From: Deltaproteobacteria bacterium
GTDB lineage: Bacteria > Desulfobacterota > Desulfobacteria > Desulfobacterales > SG8-13
Assembly (NCBI GenBank): GCA_041299015.1
Contig: JBFYWB010000084.1
Span: 17,049-81,048, forward strand
DNA length: 64,000 nucleotides
Reading direction: 5' to 3'
Every line of letters begins with the position of its first letter. Positions within the stretch are counted from its first letter, which is position 1. Shown piece after piece: positions 30,234-40,321 of the stretch. The notes under the pieces are model-generated. The model worked only from the letters and a program-made list of their open reading frames with translations. It made no database searches and had not been told where the DNA came from. The position numbers and the translations under genes were made by a program.

Positions 30234-31319
30234 TCAATGCTTCGGCGTGGCCGCCAGGTCGTCCAAATATGTGTCGAGCAATTCATAAAGCGTGAAGACA
30301 CTGGCAATGTTGACGTGTTCCTCGGCGGTGTGCTGACTCATATCGCCGTCGGCGCCCCAGACGATCCCCTTGATGCCGTGCTGGCTCAGGTGCCGGGCGT
30401 CACTGGCACCGTGTTCGAATCCGGTCGAGGTTCCCGTCGCAATGGCCAGCAGCCGGTCCAGATAGGGCGATTGCCCGCCCATGAACAGGGGTTCTTTTTC
30501 TTCGATTATCAGACGGCCGCCGATTCTGCCCTGCATGTCCGCAACCAGCGCGTCGACGTCGTCGCTCTCGGTGTAACGGATGTCGAACAGGGCTTCGGCG
30601 CTGTCCGGGACCTGGTTGACCGATTTCCCTGCCGCGATCCGGCCGAAATTGATGGTCCGGTGCCAATGGTCTGGCATTGAATCTTCGAAAAACATACGGA
30701 TAATTCGATAATCGTCGAACAGTTTCTCGATGGCGTTCTCGCCGAGCCAGGGACGGGCGCCGTGTGCGGATTTGCCTTCGGTGATCAGCTTGAGGCGCAG
30801 GATCCCCTTTTCTTTGACAACGATCTTGTCGACACTGCCGCCGTCAAGGGCGATGCAAAAGTCGGCCTTAACGAGGGGAAGCACTTTCCGGGCGCCGTTG
30901 GCCCCGCCGATTTCCTCATCGGTTGTGATCAGAATGCCGAAAGGCAGGTCCTGCTGACCTCCACCGCGGTCGCGGCACCGCTGCAAGTGGTTCTTGAGGA
31001 GCACCAGCGAGAGGGCGGCCGCATACTTGTCGTCGATACTGCCGCGGCCGAAGAGCTTTCCATCCTGCCGCCAAGGTTCGAACAGCCGGTCGGCGCCCTC
31101 CACCACGTCGATGTGGGTCATCAGGAGCATGGCGAATTGCCCGCTTCGCGGCACAGCCAGCAAGGAGGGATAATTCTGAAACTCCAACCGCTGGTAATCG
31201 ATGGCGTTGGCGGTGAAAAAATCTTCGATGAAATCGGCGCAGCGTTGGATTTCAGACGGGCGGCTATGCGTGGATTTGAACCGGATCAGGTCTTCGGTCA
31301 GGCGGATGGATTCTTCCAT
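30234..31319 (-). CDS. M20 metallopeptidase (ArgE/DapE-like)
   Basis: HIDVV, GRGSIDDK, DEEIGG, HTAEEHV Zn ligands. Confidence 0.88.
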   Translation of the reverse strand: MEESIRLTEDLIRFKSTHSRPSEIQRCADFIEDFFTANAIDYQRLEFQNYPSLLAVPRSGQFAMLLMTHIDVVEGADRLFEPWRQDGKLFGRGSIDDKYAAALSLVLLKNHLQRCRDRGGGQQDLPFGILITTDEEIGGANGARKVLPLVKADFCIALDGGSVDKIVVKEKGILRLKLITEGKSAHGARPWLGENAIEKLFDDYRIIRMFFEDSMPDHWHRTINFGRIAAGKSVNQVPDSAEALFDIRYTESDDVDALVADMQGRIGGRLIIEEKEPLFMGGQSPYLDRLLAIATGTSTGFEHGASDARHLSQHGIKGIVWGADGDMSQHTAEEHVNIASVFTLYELLDTYLDDLAATPKH

Positions 31320-31573
31320 TTTGAACGGACTCCAAATCGATAATGTCAGGGGGTACACGTCGATACGCGCCTTATTCACCTACTTAGCAGCAGAATTCGG
31401 GTACGGCAAGAACATTTAGACGCCATACTCGGGCCGGCCCGGCTTTAAGAAAAATTTGTGATTGGCATCTCGACCTGCTATGATAATAGACAATTGAACC
31501 GTCGTCCGGCCATCGATGATATCGATGATCCGCGGCAAGGGACGGACTGTGCAGCGTCTGGGTGGAGAAGAAC

Positions 31574-32347
31574 ATGAGGTCCTTTCACCCCTGGAAGCCT
31601 TTAGTTGTCGCCGTTTTTATCCTGCTCTTAACTGCGCTGACGCCGCTCGACAGCGCAATGGCGGTCGACCCGTCGGAGTCTCTGGTCACTGCCGCCGAAA
31701 TGGGCCTGCAGGATGACGTGCGCCGACTGCTCGACGCGGGTGTCGATCCCGACGGCCGGAACTCATCCGGATGGACGGCCCTGATGCAAGCGTCTATGAA
31801 TGGTCACCCGGAGATCGTGCGGTTGCTGATCGCCCGCGGTGCCGATGCCAACACCAGCGGAAACGCCGGATGGCAGGCATTGATGCTGGCGGCCCAGTTC
31901 GGCCACACGGACATCGTGCGCATTTTACTGCCGCAGAGGGCCGAGGTGAATGCGGCCAGTCGAAACGGTTCCACGGCGTTGATGGTTGCTGCGGGAAATG
32001 GCCATCACGAAATTGTGCAAGATCTCCTGCAAAAAGGGGCCGATGTCTCTCTGACGGACTATATGGGCCGGACCGCGCTCATGTTTGCCGCCACTGACGG
32101 CCATGACCGAATTGTCCGCCAACTGATTAAAAGCCGATCCGATGTCAACCTGATCGACAAGGACGGCAACACAGCTTTGATGCTGGCCGTCAGTGGCGGC
32201 CACGCAGACGTCGTCCGTTCGCTGCTGGTTGCCTGCCCAGACCTCAAACACAATGACGGCAAGGGAAGAACCGCCCTGCAATTGGCCGAGGAGAAACAGG
32301 TTCCGCGCATCATCGAGCTGCTGAAGACGCCGCCGCCATGCAAATAG
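31574..32347 (+). CDS. Secreted ankyrin-repeat protein (~7 repeats)
   Basis: Signal peptide ending SAMA; repeated G.TALM.AA..GH..IV..LL units. Confidence 0.9.
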   Translation: MRSFHPWKPLVVAVFILLLTALTPLDSAMAVDPSESLVTAAEMGLQDDVRRLLDAGVDPDGRNSSGWTALMQASMNGHPEIVRLLIARGADANTSGNAGWQALMLAAQFGHTDIVRILLPQRAEVNAASRNGSTALMVAAGNGHHEIVQDLLQKGADVSLTDYMGRTALMFAATDGHDRIVRQLIKSRSDVNLIDKDGNTALMLAVSGGHADVVRSLLVACPDLKHNDGKGRTALQLAEEKQVPRIIELLKTPPPCK

Positions 32348-32465
32348 CCGCTTGGCCGCAATCTGGCGGTAAATGCCGACCGCGACCGCCGCCTGAGAGC
32401 GAGCTCAAGCATCGAGAGCACTTATTTCGCCTTCGCCACTGCGCGACTGAAAAGACGGTGATCGG

Positions 32466-32855
32466 ATGCCGAACGAAAAGGACCGCATTGTCGACGAAAC
32501 CAGGATTACGGCGCGCCTGATCGATCTGATCTGTGACATGACCATGGCCCAGCAGATCGAGCTGCTGAGCCAGCTGGATCACAAGAAGTACAAGAGCGGT
32601 CGCGCCGATCGGCGGCGTAAACGCAAAATTGCGGTCGATTATGAAGTCAACAATTTCCTGCGCCAGGATGTCATCCGCGACATCAGCAACGTCGGCGTGT
32701 TTATCGAAACCCCCGCCCCCCCGGCTGTCGGCGAAAAAATCCGACTATCTTTCTGCCTGACCGATGATAAAAAACCGATCAGGGTCACCGGTCGGATCGT
32801 GCGGTCCACCGAGAAGGGTTTTGCCGTGGCCTTTCGCCGCAAGGCTCCTAAATAG
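32466..32855 (+). CDS. PilZ-domain protein (c-di-GMP receptor candidate)
   Basis: RADRRRKR (RxxxR) and DISNVG (D/NxSxxG) motifs. Confidence 0.85.
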   Translation: MPNEKDRIVDETRITARLIDLICDMTMAQQIELLSQLDHKKYKSGRADRRRKRKIAVDYEVNNFLRQDVIRDISNVGVFIETPAPPAVGEKIRLSFCLTDDKKPIRVTGRIVRSTEKGFAVAFRRKAPK

Positions 32856-33141
32856 ACTCCACCGGTCGCCGATTCCGGTGAGAGCGCGACCACGGTCGAT
32901 CCAAAACCAGATACTCGCGCCGGTTTGCGGTATTTCACGGGCCGGGCGCAGCGCACGGCCGCGACCCGGATTTTCCGATTCGCAATCGTTGGGATCACCG
33001 GAAGCGAAACCCTAGCGCGGCATCATTTTGACTTTTTTTGAAATGGATATAAAATACACCCTATGGCAGAAACAATCGGCAACGCGCCGCAGCTTCCGTA
33101 ACAATCGAACGCAAGCTACTGCAACAGGTTGATGATACCGA

Positions 33142-34065
33142 GTGACCTTGATTCTCACAACCACCTCGCGCAATACCCGTGTTCAAACCAGCAGGTACCG
33201 ACCGTTGAATTCTGATGTCGCTTTTGACTTTCTCTTCGTAAACGGGGAGCTGCACTCTTCAAGCGGAGTCGCCATCTTCGAGCGGATCGATGGCAAAAGC
33301 GTTTATGAGGTCATCAAACTGATCGATGGCGTGCCCTTGTTTTTTGAAGATCATTTGACCCGCATGCGCAGATCGGCGGCCTTGCTGGGAACCGGCTTCG
33401 AAAAACCATCGGCACAGGTGCGGGCTGAAATCGACGCGCTGGTCGTCAGAAACGGCTGTACCGATATCAACGTAAAACTGGTGTGGTATCCGGAAAAAGA
33501 GGCGTCGGTTTTTCTGACCTATTTCGTTCGGCAGGATTTTCCGGAACAAGAGGCCTATCGGCGCGGTGTCCACACCATTCTCTACGGCGGTGAACGTCGA
33601 AATCCGCAAATAAAAGCCCTCAAGACCTCCTACCGCGAGCGGGTCAGGGCTGTCCGGGAAGCCGCTGGAGCATACGAAGCCTTGCTGGTGGACGACAATG
33701 GATTCATATCCGAGGGCACTCGGTCGAACCTCTTTTTTTTGATAGACGCTCAGCTCTGCACACCGCCTGCAGACACCGTCCTTCTGGGAGTTACCCGCCA
33801 GCATGTCATGGCCCTTTGCCGGACGCTGGGAATCGATGTGCGGGAAACCAGGCTGAACACACAGGATCTGTGCCGAGTTGAAGCCGCGTTTATCACCGGC
33901 ACGACGATCGACATCCTGCCGGTTGGTTCGATCGACCGGCTGCAGCTCGCCTCGGTGGGTCATCCGCTGGTCCAAACCATCAACCGGGCCTTTGCCGATC
34001 GGGTATCCGCCTTCATCGCAGCCGAAAAAAAGGTGTCGTCCGAAGCGGCCGATGGTAAAAATTGA
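33142..34065 (+). CDS. Class IV PLP aminotransferase / ADC-lyase-like
   Basis: HLTRM, PQIK, EGTRSNLF, LLGVTR. Confidence 0.85.
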   Translation: MTLILTTTSRNTRVQTSRYRPLNSDVAFDFLFVNGELHSSSGVAIFERIDGKSVYEVIKLIDGVPLFFEDHLTRMRRSAALLGTGFEKPSAQVRAEIDALVVRNGCTDINVKLVWYPEKEASVFLTYFVRQDFPEQEAYRRGVHTILYGGERRNPQIKALKTSYRERVRAVREAAGAYEALLVDDNGFISEGTRSNLFFLIDAQLCTPPADTVLLGVTRQHVMALCRTLGIDVRETRLNTQDLCRVEAAFITGTTIDILPVGSIDRLQLASVGHPLVQTINRAFADRVSAFIAAEKKVSSEAADGKN

Positions 34066-34110
34066 TCGGAGCCAGGTGGTGGACTCGACCGTCAAGAAAA
34101 GGAGTTTGAC

Positions 34111-36123
34111 ATGAAAAAAGTAGTGAAATGGGCGCTGATTGCCGTGGGCGGGGTGGTGGCCCTGGTCATCCTGATTCTTCTCGTGCTGCCCTTCTTCGTC
34201 GACGCAAATAAGTACAAGACTTTACTTGAAACCAAAGTCACCGAAATGACCGGAAGACCCTTTTCGGTGGGTGGAGACGTCAATCTTTCTTTCTTCCCGT
34301 TTGCCGGCGTCTCTTTCTCCGATCTTCATTTGGGGAATCCGCCGGGTTTCGAGGCAACGGATTTCATATCCATCAAATCCTTCGATGTGCGGGTCAAACT
34401 GATGCCGCTTCTCTCACGCGACGTTCAAATCAAGCGCTTCGTTATGGATGAACCCCAGGTTGTGCTCATTAAGAACAAGCAGGGTCAGGGGAACTGGGAG
34501 TTTCAGACAAAAAAAACCGGCGCTCCGAAAACGGAAACCGCTCAGAAGTCAACGCCGGAAAAACCGGTCGAGGGACTGCCGATCCGCTCTCTGGCGGTCG
34601 GTGATTTTTCCGTCGCCAAGGGATCGATTGTCTGGATCGATAAGGCCTCCGACATGCGCAAGACCATCGATCACCTCGATCTAGTCCTCACGGATCTCTC
34701 CTTTGATAAACCCATCGGGTTGGCGTTGTCCGCGCGCATGGACGACAAACCGGTTGCGTTAAACGGCATTCTTGGTCCGATCGGCCAGGATCCGGGTAAG
34801 GCCACCATTCCGCTGAACCTGAACGTCGAGCTTCTCTCCGAGCTGGCGTTGACACTTAAAGGCAGCATTGCCTCACCGGCCGACAATCCCCGTGCCGACC
34901 TCACCGTCGCCGTCGCCGAGTTTTCCCCCCGTAAACTTCTGGCACGATTGGGTCAGTCCGATGTGATCGCTACCGCCGATTCGGGGGCTTTGAGCAAGCT
35001 GTCGCTGCAGGCCGCCATCGCGGCCGGGGCCGATAAAATTTCGGTCTCAAACGGCCGGCTGGCCCTCGATGACACCAAGATCAGTTTTAACGCCCACATG
35101 GCTGAATTCGCACGCCCCGATATCGCCTTCACGGCCGAGCTGGACCGGATCATCCTCGATCGCTATCTGCCGCCCAAATCCGGAAAAGAATCGCCGCCCC
35201 CCGCGGTAAAACCGCCGGCGAACCAAGCGGCGGGTGGCACAGACGGCGGTAAGAAAACCGATTACGCTGCTTTGCGTCGACTGGTGTTGGACGGCAAGAT
35301 CAAAATCGGCGAAGTGACCGTGGCCAAGGCCAAGCTCAATAACTTCATTCTGCACGTCCGTGGAAAAGACGCCGTCCTGCGTGTAGAACCGCTGCAGACC
35401 GATCTCTACGGAGGCCACCTGAACCTTAACGCCAGCATGAACGTCAGCCAGAACGTTCCGCGAAGCACGGCCAAGTTCCAGCTCAACAATGTTCAGGCCG
35501 GTCCGTTGGTGAAAGACCACCTCGACAAGGATTTTCTGGAAGGCACGGTTGATGCCGCCGTCAATTTGTCCTTCAGCGGGGATGAGGCGTTAACCGTAAA
35601 GAAAACCCTGAACGGGGATGGCGATCTGCGCTTCTCTGACGGGGCCATCAAAGGAATCGATCTGGTTGCCATGATCCAAAATATCCGGGCCGCCTTCGGC
35701 AGTGGACAATTTGCCGCAAGTGGTTCCCAAACGGAATTCACCGAGTTGGCGGTGCCGTTTTCAATCAGAAATGGGATCATCGACACGGTTCAGACCAAAC
35801 TGCAGTCACCCGTCCTGGATGTCGCGGTCGTTGGGCAAGCCGACCTGGTGAGCGAAAAATTGGATTTTCGGGTGGAACCAAAGGTGGTCCGAAGGCCTGG
35901 GAAACAGGTTGAACAGAAGGACTATTCGAAGGTGATGATACCGGTGCTGATCAGCGGGACCTTCTCCGAACCGAAATTTGCACCGGATCTGGAATCGGTA
36001 GCAAAGCAGCAAATTCAGGAAAAACTTCTTGAATCCGACAAAGTTCAAGAATTTATCGATAAGAAAGGACTCAAAAAATACGAGGACCCGGTCAAGGACA
36101 TTTTGAAAAACTTTCGCAAATGA
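34111..36123 (+). CDS. AsmA family protein
   Basis: N-terminal TM anchor, GDVNLSFFP...L.LMPLLS, LYGG, C-terminal PVLISG.FSEP. Confidence 0.88.
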   Translation: MKKVVKWALIAVGGVVALVILILLVLPFFVDANKYKTLLETKVTEMTGRPFSVGGDVNLSFFPFAGVSFSDLHLGNPPGFEATDFISIKSFDVRVKLMPLLSRDVQIKRFVMDEPQVVLIKNKQGQGNWEFQTKKTGAPKTETAQKSTPEKPVEGLPIRSLAVGDFSVAKGSIVWIDKASDMRKTIDHLDLVLTDLSFDKPIGLALSARMDDKPVALNGILGPIGQDPGKATIPLNLNVELLSELALTLKGSIASPADNPRADLTVAVAEFSPRKLLARLGQSDVIATADSGALSKLSLQAAIAAGADKISVSNGRLALDDTKISFNAHMAEFARPDIAFTAELDRIILDRYLPPKSGKESPPPAVKPPANQAAGGTDGGKKTDYAALRRLVLDGKIKIGEVTVAKAKLNNFILHVRGKDAVLRVEPLQTDLYGGHLNLNASMNVSQNVPRSTAKFQLNNVQAGPLVKDHLDKDFLEGTVDAAVNLSFSGDEALTVKKTLNGDGDLRFSDGAIKGIDLVAMIQNIRAAFGSGQFAASGSQTEFTELAVPFSIRNGIIDTVQTKLQSPVLDVAVVGQADLVSEKLDFRVEPKVVRRPGKQVEQKDYSKVMIPVLISGTFSEPKFAPDLESVAKQQIQEKLLESDKVQEFIDKKGLKKYEDPVKDILKNFRK

Positions 36124-36126
36124 AGA

Positions 36127-36152
36127 AAAGCAGGGCCGCAAGGCCCTGCTTT
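36127..36152. terminator. Bidirectional intrinsic terminator
   Basis: AAAGCAGGGCC-GCAA-GGCCCTGCTTT between convergent genes. Confidence 0.85.
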
Positions 36153-36173
36153 CGAAACTGAGAAACACGGTGA

Positions 36174-36560
36174 TCAAACCAGTGCATAGACGCCCCTGTC
36201 GACGTTCTTGATCCTGCCCTGCTTCTTCAATTTGAATATGGCATTGGATACCTGGCGCTGGCCGAGACCGGTCTTCTCGAGAATGGCAGCGTGAGCAATG
36301 CTTCCATCGGCATTTGTGATAACCCCGAGAACAGAATCCACAATCGAGGTTGACTCTTTAGCCGATGGTGAGGTTTTCTCAGGCGCTGGCTTCTTGGGCG
36401 CCTTCGATTTGCCCCCTTTGTTGACAGGCTTGGTTTTTGCGGTGATTTTGGTTTGTACCTTGGTTGTCTTGCCGACCTGTATGGCAATGGCATTGATTTC
36501 TTTGCTAATGGTTTTCAGGTCGTCAGCAATGTTTTTCAACAACTTTACCGTTTCGGCCAT
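36174..36560 (-). CDS. Small basic protein: coiled coil, Lys-rich linker, winged HTH
   Basis: GGAGG RBS; C-terminal ILEKTGLGQRQVSNAIFKLKKQGRIKNVDRGVY wHTH pattern. Confidence 0.78.
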   Translation of the reverse strand: MAETVKLLKNIADDLKTISKEINAIAIQVGKTTKVQTKITAKTKPVNKGGKSKAPKKPAPEKTSPSAKESTSIVDSVLGVITNADGSIAHAAILEKTGLGQRQVSNAIFKLKKQGRIKNVDRGVYALV

Positions 36561-36793
36561 TTTCCCTCCCAATCGACGAGTTTTATTTTTGGCACATCTC
36601 GTGTGCCGTTTGAATCGACTCCATAAGTTCAAACCCACAAATTTGCAACAGTTATTTATAAAAGGATAAACGAATCCTTTTTCTTATGCTCCCCGTTATG
36701 GTTGACTATTGATTTGACGGCCGCAAACAATCGTCGTCCATCGGTCGAAACGTCGGCAGGGGATCCACTAAAAGTCGGAAAACGGCAGCAGAC

Positions 36794-37381
36794 CTACCCG
36801 CTGGTCTCGGCAACCTTCTTCCTGAGTATCGAAAGCATCTCGGCCGGCGTCTGCCGGCTCAGAATATCGTTGAATTGCGTCCGGTAGTTGCTCACCAGAC
36901 TGACGCCTTCAATAACGAGATCGTATACTTTCCAATCGCCATCTCTTCGAATCAGCCGATAGGCGATCGGGATCGTTTTGTCACGCGCGACAACATTGCT
37001 GCTGACTTCGGCTCTGGTCTCCGACAGCATTGTTTGCCTGCGAAACACGACCTTTTCATCGCTGTACTGCAACAACTGGCCCATGTAGTTTTTCTCCAGC
37101 AGCCGGCGGAAGAGTTCGATGAATTCGCTGCGCTGATCGTCGTCGAAATTCAACCAGTTGCGTCCGAGCGTCATTCTCGAAAGATAAACGTAGTCAAAGG
37201 TTTCATCGGCCGCCGTCTCGAGTTTCTTGACCTTGACATCCTCCTTAAGGCTCTTGTCGCCCAGAATCTTGATGATCCGATCGATTCGGGTTTCGATAAC
37301 CTTGAGCGGTTCGTCGGCAAGTGCGGTTGCCGCAACCCAGATGAAAATGCCGACCATAACTGCGGCTGCCCTTTTGATCAT
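36794..37381 (-). CDS. mlaC: MlaC/Ttg2D phospholipid-binding protein
   Basis: Signal peptide; FDYVYLSRMTLGRNW; WKVYDLVIEGVSLVSNYRTQF. Confidence 0.88.
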   Translation of the reverse strand: MIKRAAAVMVGIFIWVAATALADEPLKVIETRIDRIIKILGDKSLKEDVKVKKLETAADETFDYVYLSRMTLGRNWLNFDDDQRSEFIELFRRLLEKNYMGQLLQYSDEKVVFRRQTMLSETRAEVSSNVVARDKTIPIAYRLIRRDGDWKVYDLVIEGVSLVSNYRTQFNDILSRQTPAEMLSILRKKVAETSG

Positions 37382-37531
37382 ACGTCACCTCTTCACATCG
37401 CCGAGCGTGATGGTCATGTAACCGATGCAGAACGGCAGCAGCGAAGCAAATTCAGGTCAACTCTGTGAACCTCAGAGAGACCGAGACGGCCCGATGCTTT
37501 GATCGGCTGAAATTACATCCCCCATCGGCTG

Positions 37532-38614
37532 TTAAAGCACCTCGGCAATGACATCAAGGGCCCGGCGGACCAATGTTTCTTCCGCCTGGGAGCCCATGTG
37601 GCCGAGCCTGAAAATTTTGCCGGCCAGTTGACCGTAGCTGCCGCCCACCACAAGTCCCCGTTTGCGCAATCTGGTGTCAAAGTCGGACCATGGCATCGAG
37701 GCCGGCAGATAAACGGCCGTCACCGTCGGCGACGGAACGGCACCCGGCGCCGGGAAAAGTCTCAGCCCGATATCGTCGAGCCGCCGGCGGCAGTAGTCAG
37801 CCGCCCTGGCATGGCGCTCGAAGACAGCGGGCAGTCCCTCGGCGAGGATCAATTGCGCACCGGCGTGAAGAGCCGCCAGACCGTGCCAGTTCGGGGTATA
37901 GGGGAAGTAGCGCGTCTGTTGAACGGCCCTAAAGGGCTGCAGCGCATCGTATCCGGCGTAGTTCACCTGCTCGACTATCTCCCAGGCATCCGCGCTTACC
38001 GACAGAAAGGCCATGTCCGGGGGCGCGCTCAAACACTTCTGAGCACCGCCCAGGCACAGGTCGATATGCCAATCATCGGTCAATACGGGCGCGCCGCCGA
38101 TGCTGGAGACGGCATCGACATAGAGCAACGGCACCCGGAGCGCTTTCTTCAAGCGGCCGAGATCCGCGATCGGGTTAAGCGTGCCTGAAGGCGTCTCGCA
38201 GTGCACCACCGTTATCATTTTTGGTTTGAAAGCCGCAATCGCCTGTTCGATTTCGCTCAGCGCAGAAATCGTTTGGTCGTCGGGCAGGCTGACCTTGCGC
38301 ACATCGGCCCCGACCGCAGCGGCCATCTCGGCAATGCCGTGGCCGAACACACCGGTGGCGACCGACAGCACTCGGTCGCCGGGTGCCAGGCAACTCTTGA
38401 GAGCACTCCAGAGAACCACCATCCCCTCACCGGACTGGATCACCACCGTGTCGGCGGTGGCCATAATTTGCTGCAGCCCGGCAACCGTGCGATCATAAAG
38501 GTCGAAAAACTCGGCCTCCAGATCGGCTGAGCCGTAATTGTTTGTCAGGGCCTCGATCACGGCCCGGGGCAAACTGACCGGACCGGGAACCATGGCCAGG
38601 GGATAGGCTTTCAT
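37532..38614 (-). CDS. Class V PLP aminotransferase (alanine-glyoxylate/serine-pyruvate type)
   Basis: MVPGPV, HCETPSG, VDAVSS, GAQKCLSAPP, FRLGHMG. Confidence 0.9.
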   Translation of the reverse strand: MKAYPLAMVPGPVSLPRAVIEALTNNYGSADLEAEFFDLYDRTVAGLQQIMATADTVVIQSGEGMVVLWSALKSCLAPGDRVLSVATGVFGHGIAEMAAAVGADVRKVSLPDDQTISALSEIEQAIAAFKPKMITVVHCETPSGTLNPIADLGRLKKALRVPLLYVDAVSSIGGAPVLTDDWHIDLCLGGAQKCLSAPPDMAFLSVSADAWEIVEQVNYAGYDALQPFRAVQQTRYFPYTPNWHGLAALHAGAQLILAEGLPAVFERHARAADYCRRRLDDIGLRLFPAPGAVPSPTVTAVYLPASMPWSDFDTRLRKRGLVVGGSYGQLAGKIFRLGHMGSQAEETLVRRALDVIAEVL

Positions 38615-38693
38615 CGTCTTCACCTCCGGTTGTAATGTCACTCACAAACCTGTATACGTCGTAAAAATAGAGACTGCAATTACGGAAACGAAG

Positions 38694-39293
38694 ATGAGGA
38701 TTCCATCTCGCGAATACTGTTACCGGCTCATGCGCGAGATGCGCATGCTGGACCATATCATACGGCATTCCCTGCAGGTCTGCCGCGTGGCCGAGCTACT
38801 GGCGTACCAGCTCGGCAAAAAAGGGCGCAGGCTCAATCGGGACCTGGTCCAGGCGGCGGCACTGCTGCACGACATCACCAAGACCCGCAGCTTGACAACC
38901 GGGGAGAAACATTCTGAAAGCGGCTGTGACCTGCTTGCCGGCCGCGGTTACGCGGAGGTGGGCGACGTTATCCGGCAGCATGTCGAACTGGACACTTACT
39001 TTGCAAGCGACACGCCTTCGGAGGCCGAAATCGTCAACTACGCGGACAAAAGGGTCCTGCACGACCGTATCGTCGGCTTGGAAGAGAGGATGGCCTATAT
39101 CATGGAGCGATACGGGGCCACACCGGCATATCGCGCCCGCCTCCGCCGGCTGCGGACACTCTCGAATCGGCAGGAGAAAAGGATCTTCGCGGAACTGCCC
39201 TTTTCACCTGCCGGCATGGAAAACCACATCGCAAAAGTCGATCTAACCGTCGAACTTCACAGGGTCCTTGCGCCGCTCGGGCCGCAGGTCTGA
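38694..39293 (+). CDS. HD/HDIG-domain phosphohydrolase
   Basis: HSLQV, LLHDITK, RQH, NYADKR. Confidence 0.85.
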   Translation: MRIPSREYCYRLMREMRMLDHIIRHSLQVCRVAELLAYQLGKKGRRLNRDLVQAAALLHDITKTRSLTTGEKHSESGCDLLAGRGYAEVGDVIRQHVELDTYFASDTPSEAEIVNYADKRVLHDRIVGLEERMAYIMERYGATPAYRARLRRLRTLSNRQEKRIFAELPFSPAGMENHIAKVDLTVELHRVLAPLGPQV

Positions 39294-39370
39294 ATCCTCG
39301 CGCTTACGGCCGGAAACATGAGCAAAATCCCTCCACGGCGAACTCCAGGCAAAAAAGCGTCGGGCCGCTT

Positions 39371-39949
39371 CTAATCCACCCGCTGCACCTTCTCAATCAC
39401 CACCGGTTCGACCGGTACATCCTGGAACATACCCGAACTGCCCGTCTTGACGCCCGAAATTGCATCAACGACCGCCATTCCTTCAGCGATTCGTCCGAAG
39501 ACGGCATAGCCCGCACCCTGGGGTGTTTTTCCCCGGTGATTCAGGAACTCGTTGTCGGCCGTATTGATGAAAAACTGGCTCGTGGCGCTGTGAGGCTCGC
39601 TGGTGCGCGCCATGGCAACGGAGCCGCGCGTGTTTTTCAAGCCGTTGTCGGCTTCGTTGGCCACCGGCTTTTCAGTGGGTTTTTTCTGCATGTCTGCCGT
39701 CAGACCGCCGCCCTGAATCATGAAATTCGGGATCACACGGTGAAAAACGGTGCCGGTGTAGAAGCCGGCATCCACGTAGGCCAGAAAGTTCTGCACGGTA
39801 GCGGGTGCCTTTTGCGGAAAAAGTTCAATCACGATACGGCCTTTTGAGGTTTCCACAACGACCCGCGGATTGACGACGGCTTGATCGGCCGCGGCGGCCG
39901 ACTGTGCGCCGACCAGGATGATCAGGGCCAGGCAAAAAAAGTTTTTCAT
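39371..39949 (-). CDS. ppiA: Periplasmic cyclophilin-type peptidyl-prolyl isomerase
   Basis: Signal peptide; FHRVIPNFMIQGGG, AMART, ATSQFFIN, YAVFG. Confidence 0.92.
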   Translation of the reverse strand: MKNFFCLALIILVGAQSAAAADQAVVNPRVVVETSKGRIVIELFPQKAPATVQNFLAYVDAGFYTGTVFHRVIPNFMIQGGGLTADMQKKPTEKPVANEADNGLKNTRGSVAMARTSEPHSATSQFFINTADNEFLNHRGKTPQGAGYAVFGRIAEGMAVVDAISGVKTGSSGMFQDVPVEPVVIEKVQRVD

Positions 39950-40321
39950 CTCAGTGCCTCCGTTCCTGAAAAGTGGGTGAGACCCTCACGATCCAGGTTT
40001 TTAAAAATTTATGAAAACTTGAATGGTTACCGGCTTGCGCTCCATAAATCGAGGGGTGAACCTTAAATGATAAATCGATGCTCTGTCAACCGGCTTGCCG
40101 GCCACCGGATCGAGATCAGTGTGCTTGACCCCCGGTGGATTGACTGTTATGAATATAGGCGAACGTATCGCCCACGGCGCCCCGGCAGCAGGTATCCCGA
40201 AACCCGTGGGCGATGCCGGTTGTCGGAATTCTCGTTCGACATCGCGCACAACCGGCTGGAGCAGTTGTTCGACCGCCGGATGAACCGGTGCTCGCAGGCG
40301 CTAGAACGCAAAAGTCGGTTC

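Noticed and set aside
31462-31478. TTGGCATCTCGACCTGC as a sigma-54 promoter
   Set aside because: GG-to-GC spacing is 11, not 10
36715-36795. c-di-GMP-I riboswitch-like words (GCAAAC, GAAA, CTAA, GGCAGC)
   Set aside because: P2/P3 stems cannot be formed and the orientation is opposite to the downstream gene
37385-37456. Short in-frame peptide upstream of mlaC (…IGYMTITLGDVKR*)
   Set aside because: Not recognisable as an mla gene remnant; no start or RBS support
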